Below, piece after piece: positions 49,301 to 49,318 of a stretch of DNA of 49,318 bases (the first letter of the stretch is position 1; each line of letters begins with the position of its first letter). The notes under the pieces are model-generated. The model worked only from the letters and a program-made list of their open reading frames with translations, was not told the DNA's origin and ran no database searches. The DNA is from Polymyxa betae A26-41. Its lineage: Eukaryota > Protista > Endomyxa: Phytomyxea. A program made the position numbers and the translations under genes. Location: positions 1-49,318 of the forward strand of contig RBZT01000691.1 in assembly GCA_003693705.1 (NCBI GenBank). Direction: 5' to 3'.

Positions 49301-49318
49301 GTAGAATCTATACCATTC

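Overview
Eukaryotic nuclear DNA with many short (about 45-55 nt) GT-AG introns and one N-gap (49109-49206). The gene content and intron size suggest a compact protist genome, possibly a plasmodiophorid plant parasite; this is inference only. The window alternates between three kinds of region. (1) 1-9100 is transposon-rich: a Ty3/gypsy RT-RNaseH, a hAT deletion derivative with 19-bp TIRs, two frameshifted signal-peptide genes (an ankyrin protein and a P-loop GTPase ending in a CAAX box) and ERD2 copy 1. (2) 9600-32500 is gene-dense: DUF4604/KIAA1143-like, GH3 beta-xylosidase, ferritin, Aha1-N, a double-UBZ protein, Tonsoku-like, ERD2 copies 2 and 3, three identical tRNA-Arg(ACG) genes, and a large helical-repeat protein with a DOT1-like methyltransferase domain. 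(3) 33400-38600 is a nest of Copia, hAT-like and IS630/Tc1 remnants. The rest holds a GC-rich DH-PH RhoGEF, NDUFV1, an F-box-like orphan, NDUFAF1/CIA30 and an INTS9-like fragment. The most notable observations are the secreted CAAX-GTPase effector candidate, the triplicated KDEL receptors with altered ligand-pocket residues and linked tRNA duplications, and the repeat-plus-DOT1-like fusion. Exon boundaries were read by eye and are approximate where stated.
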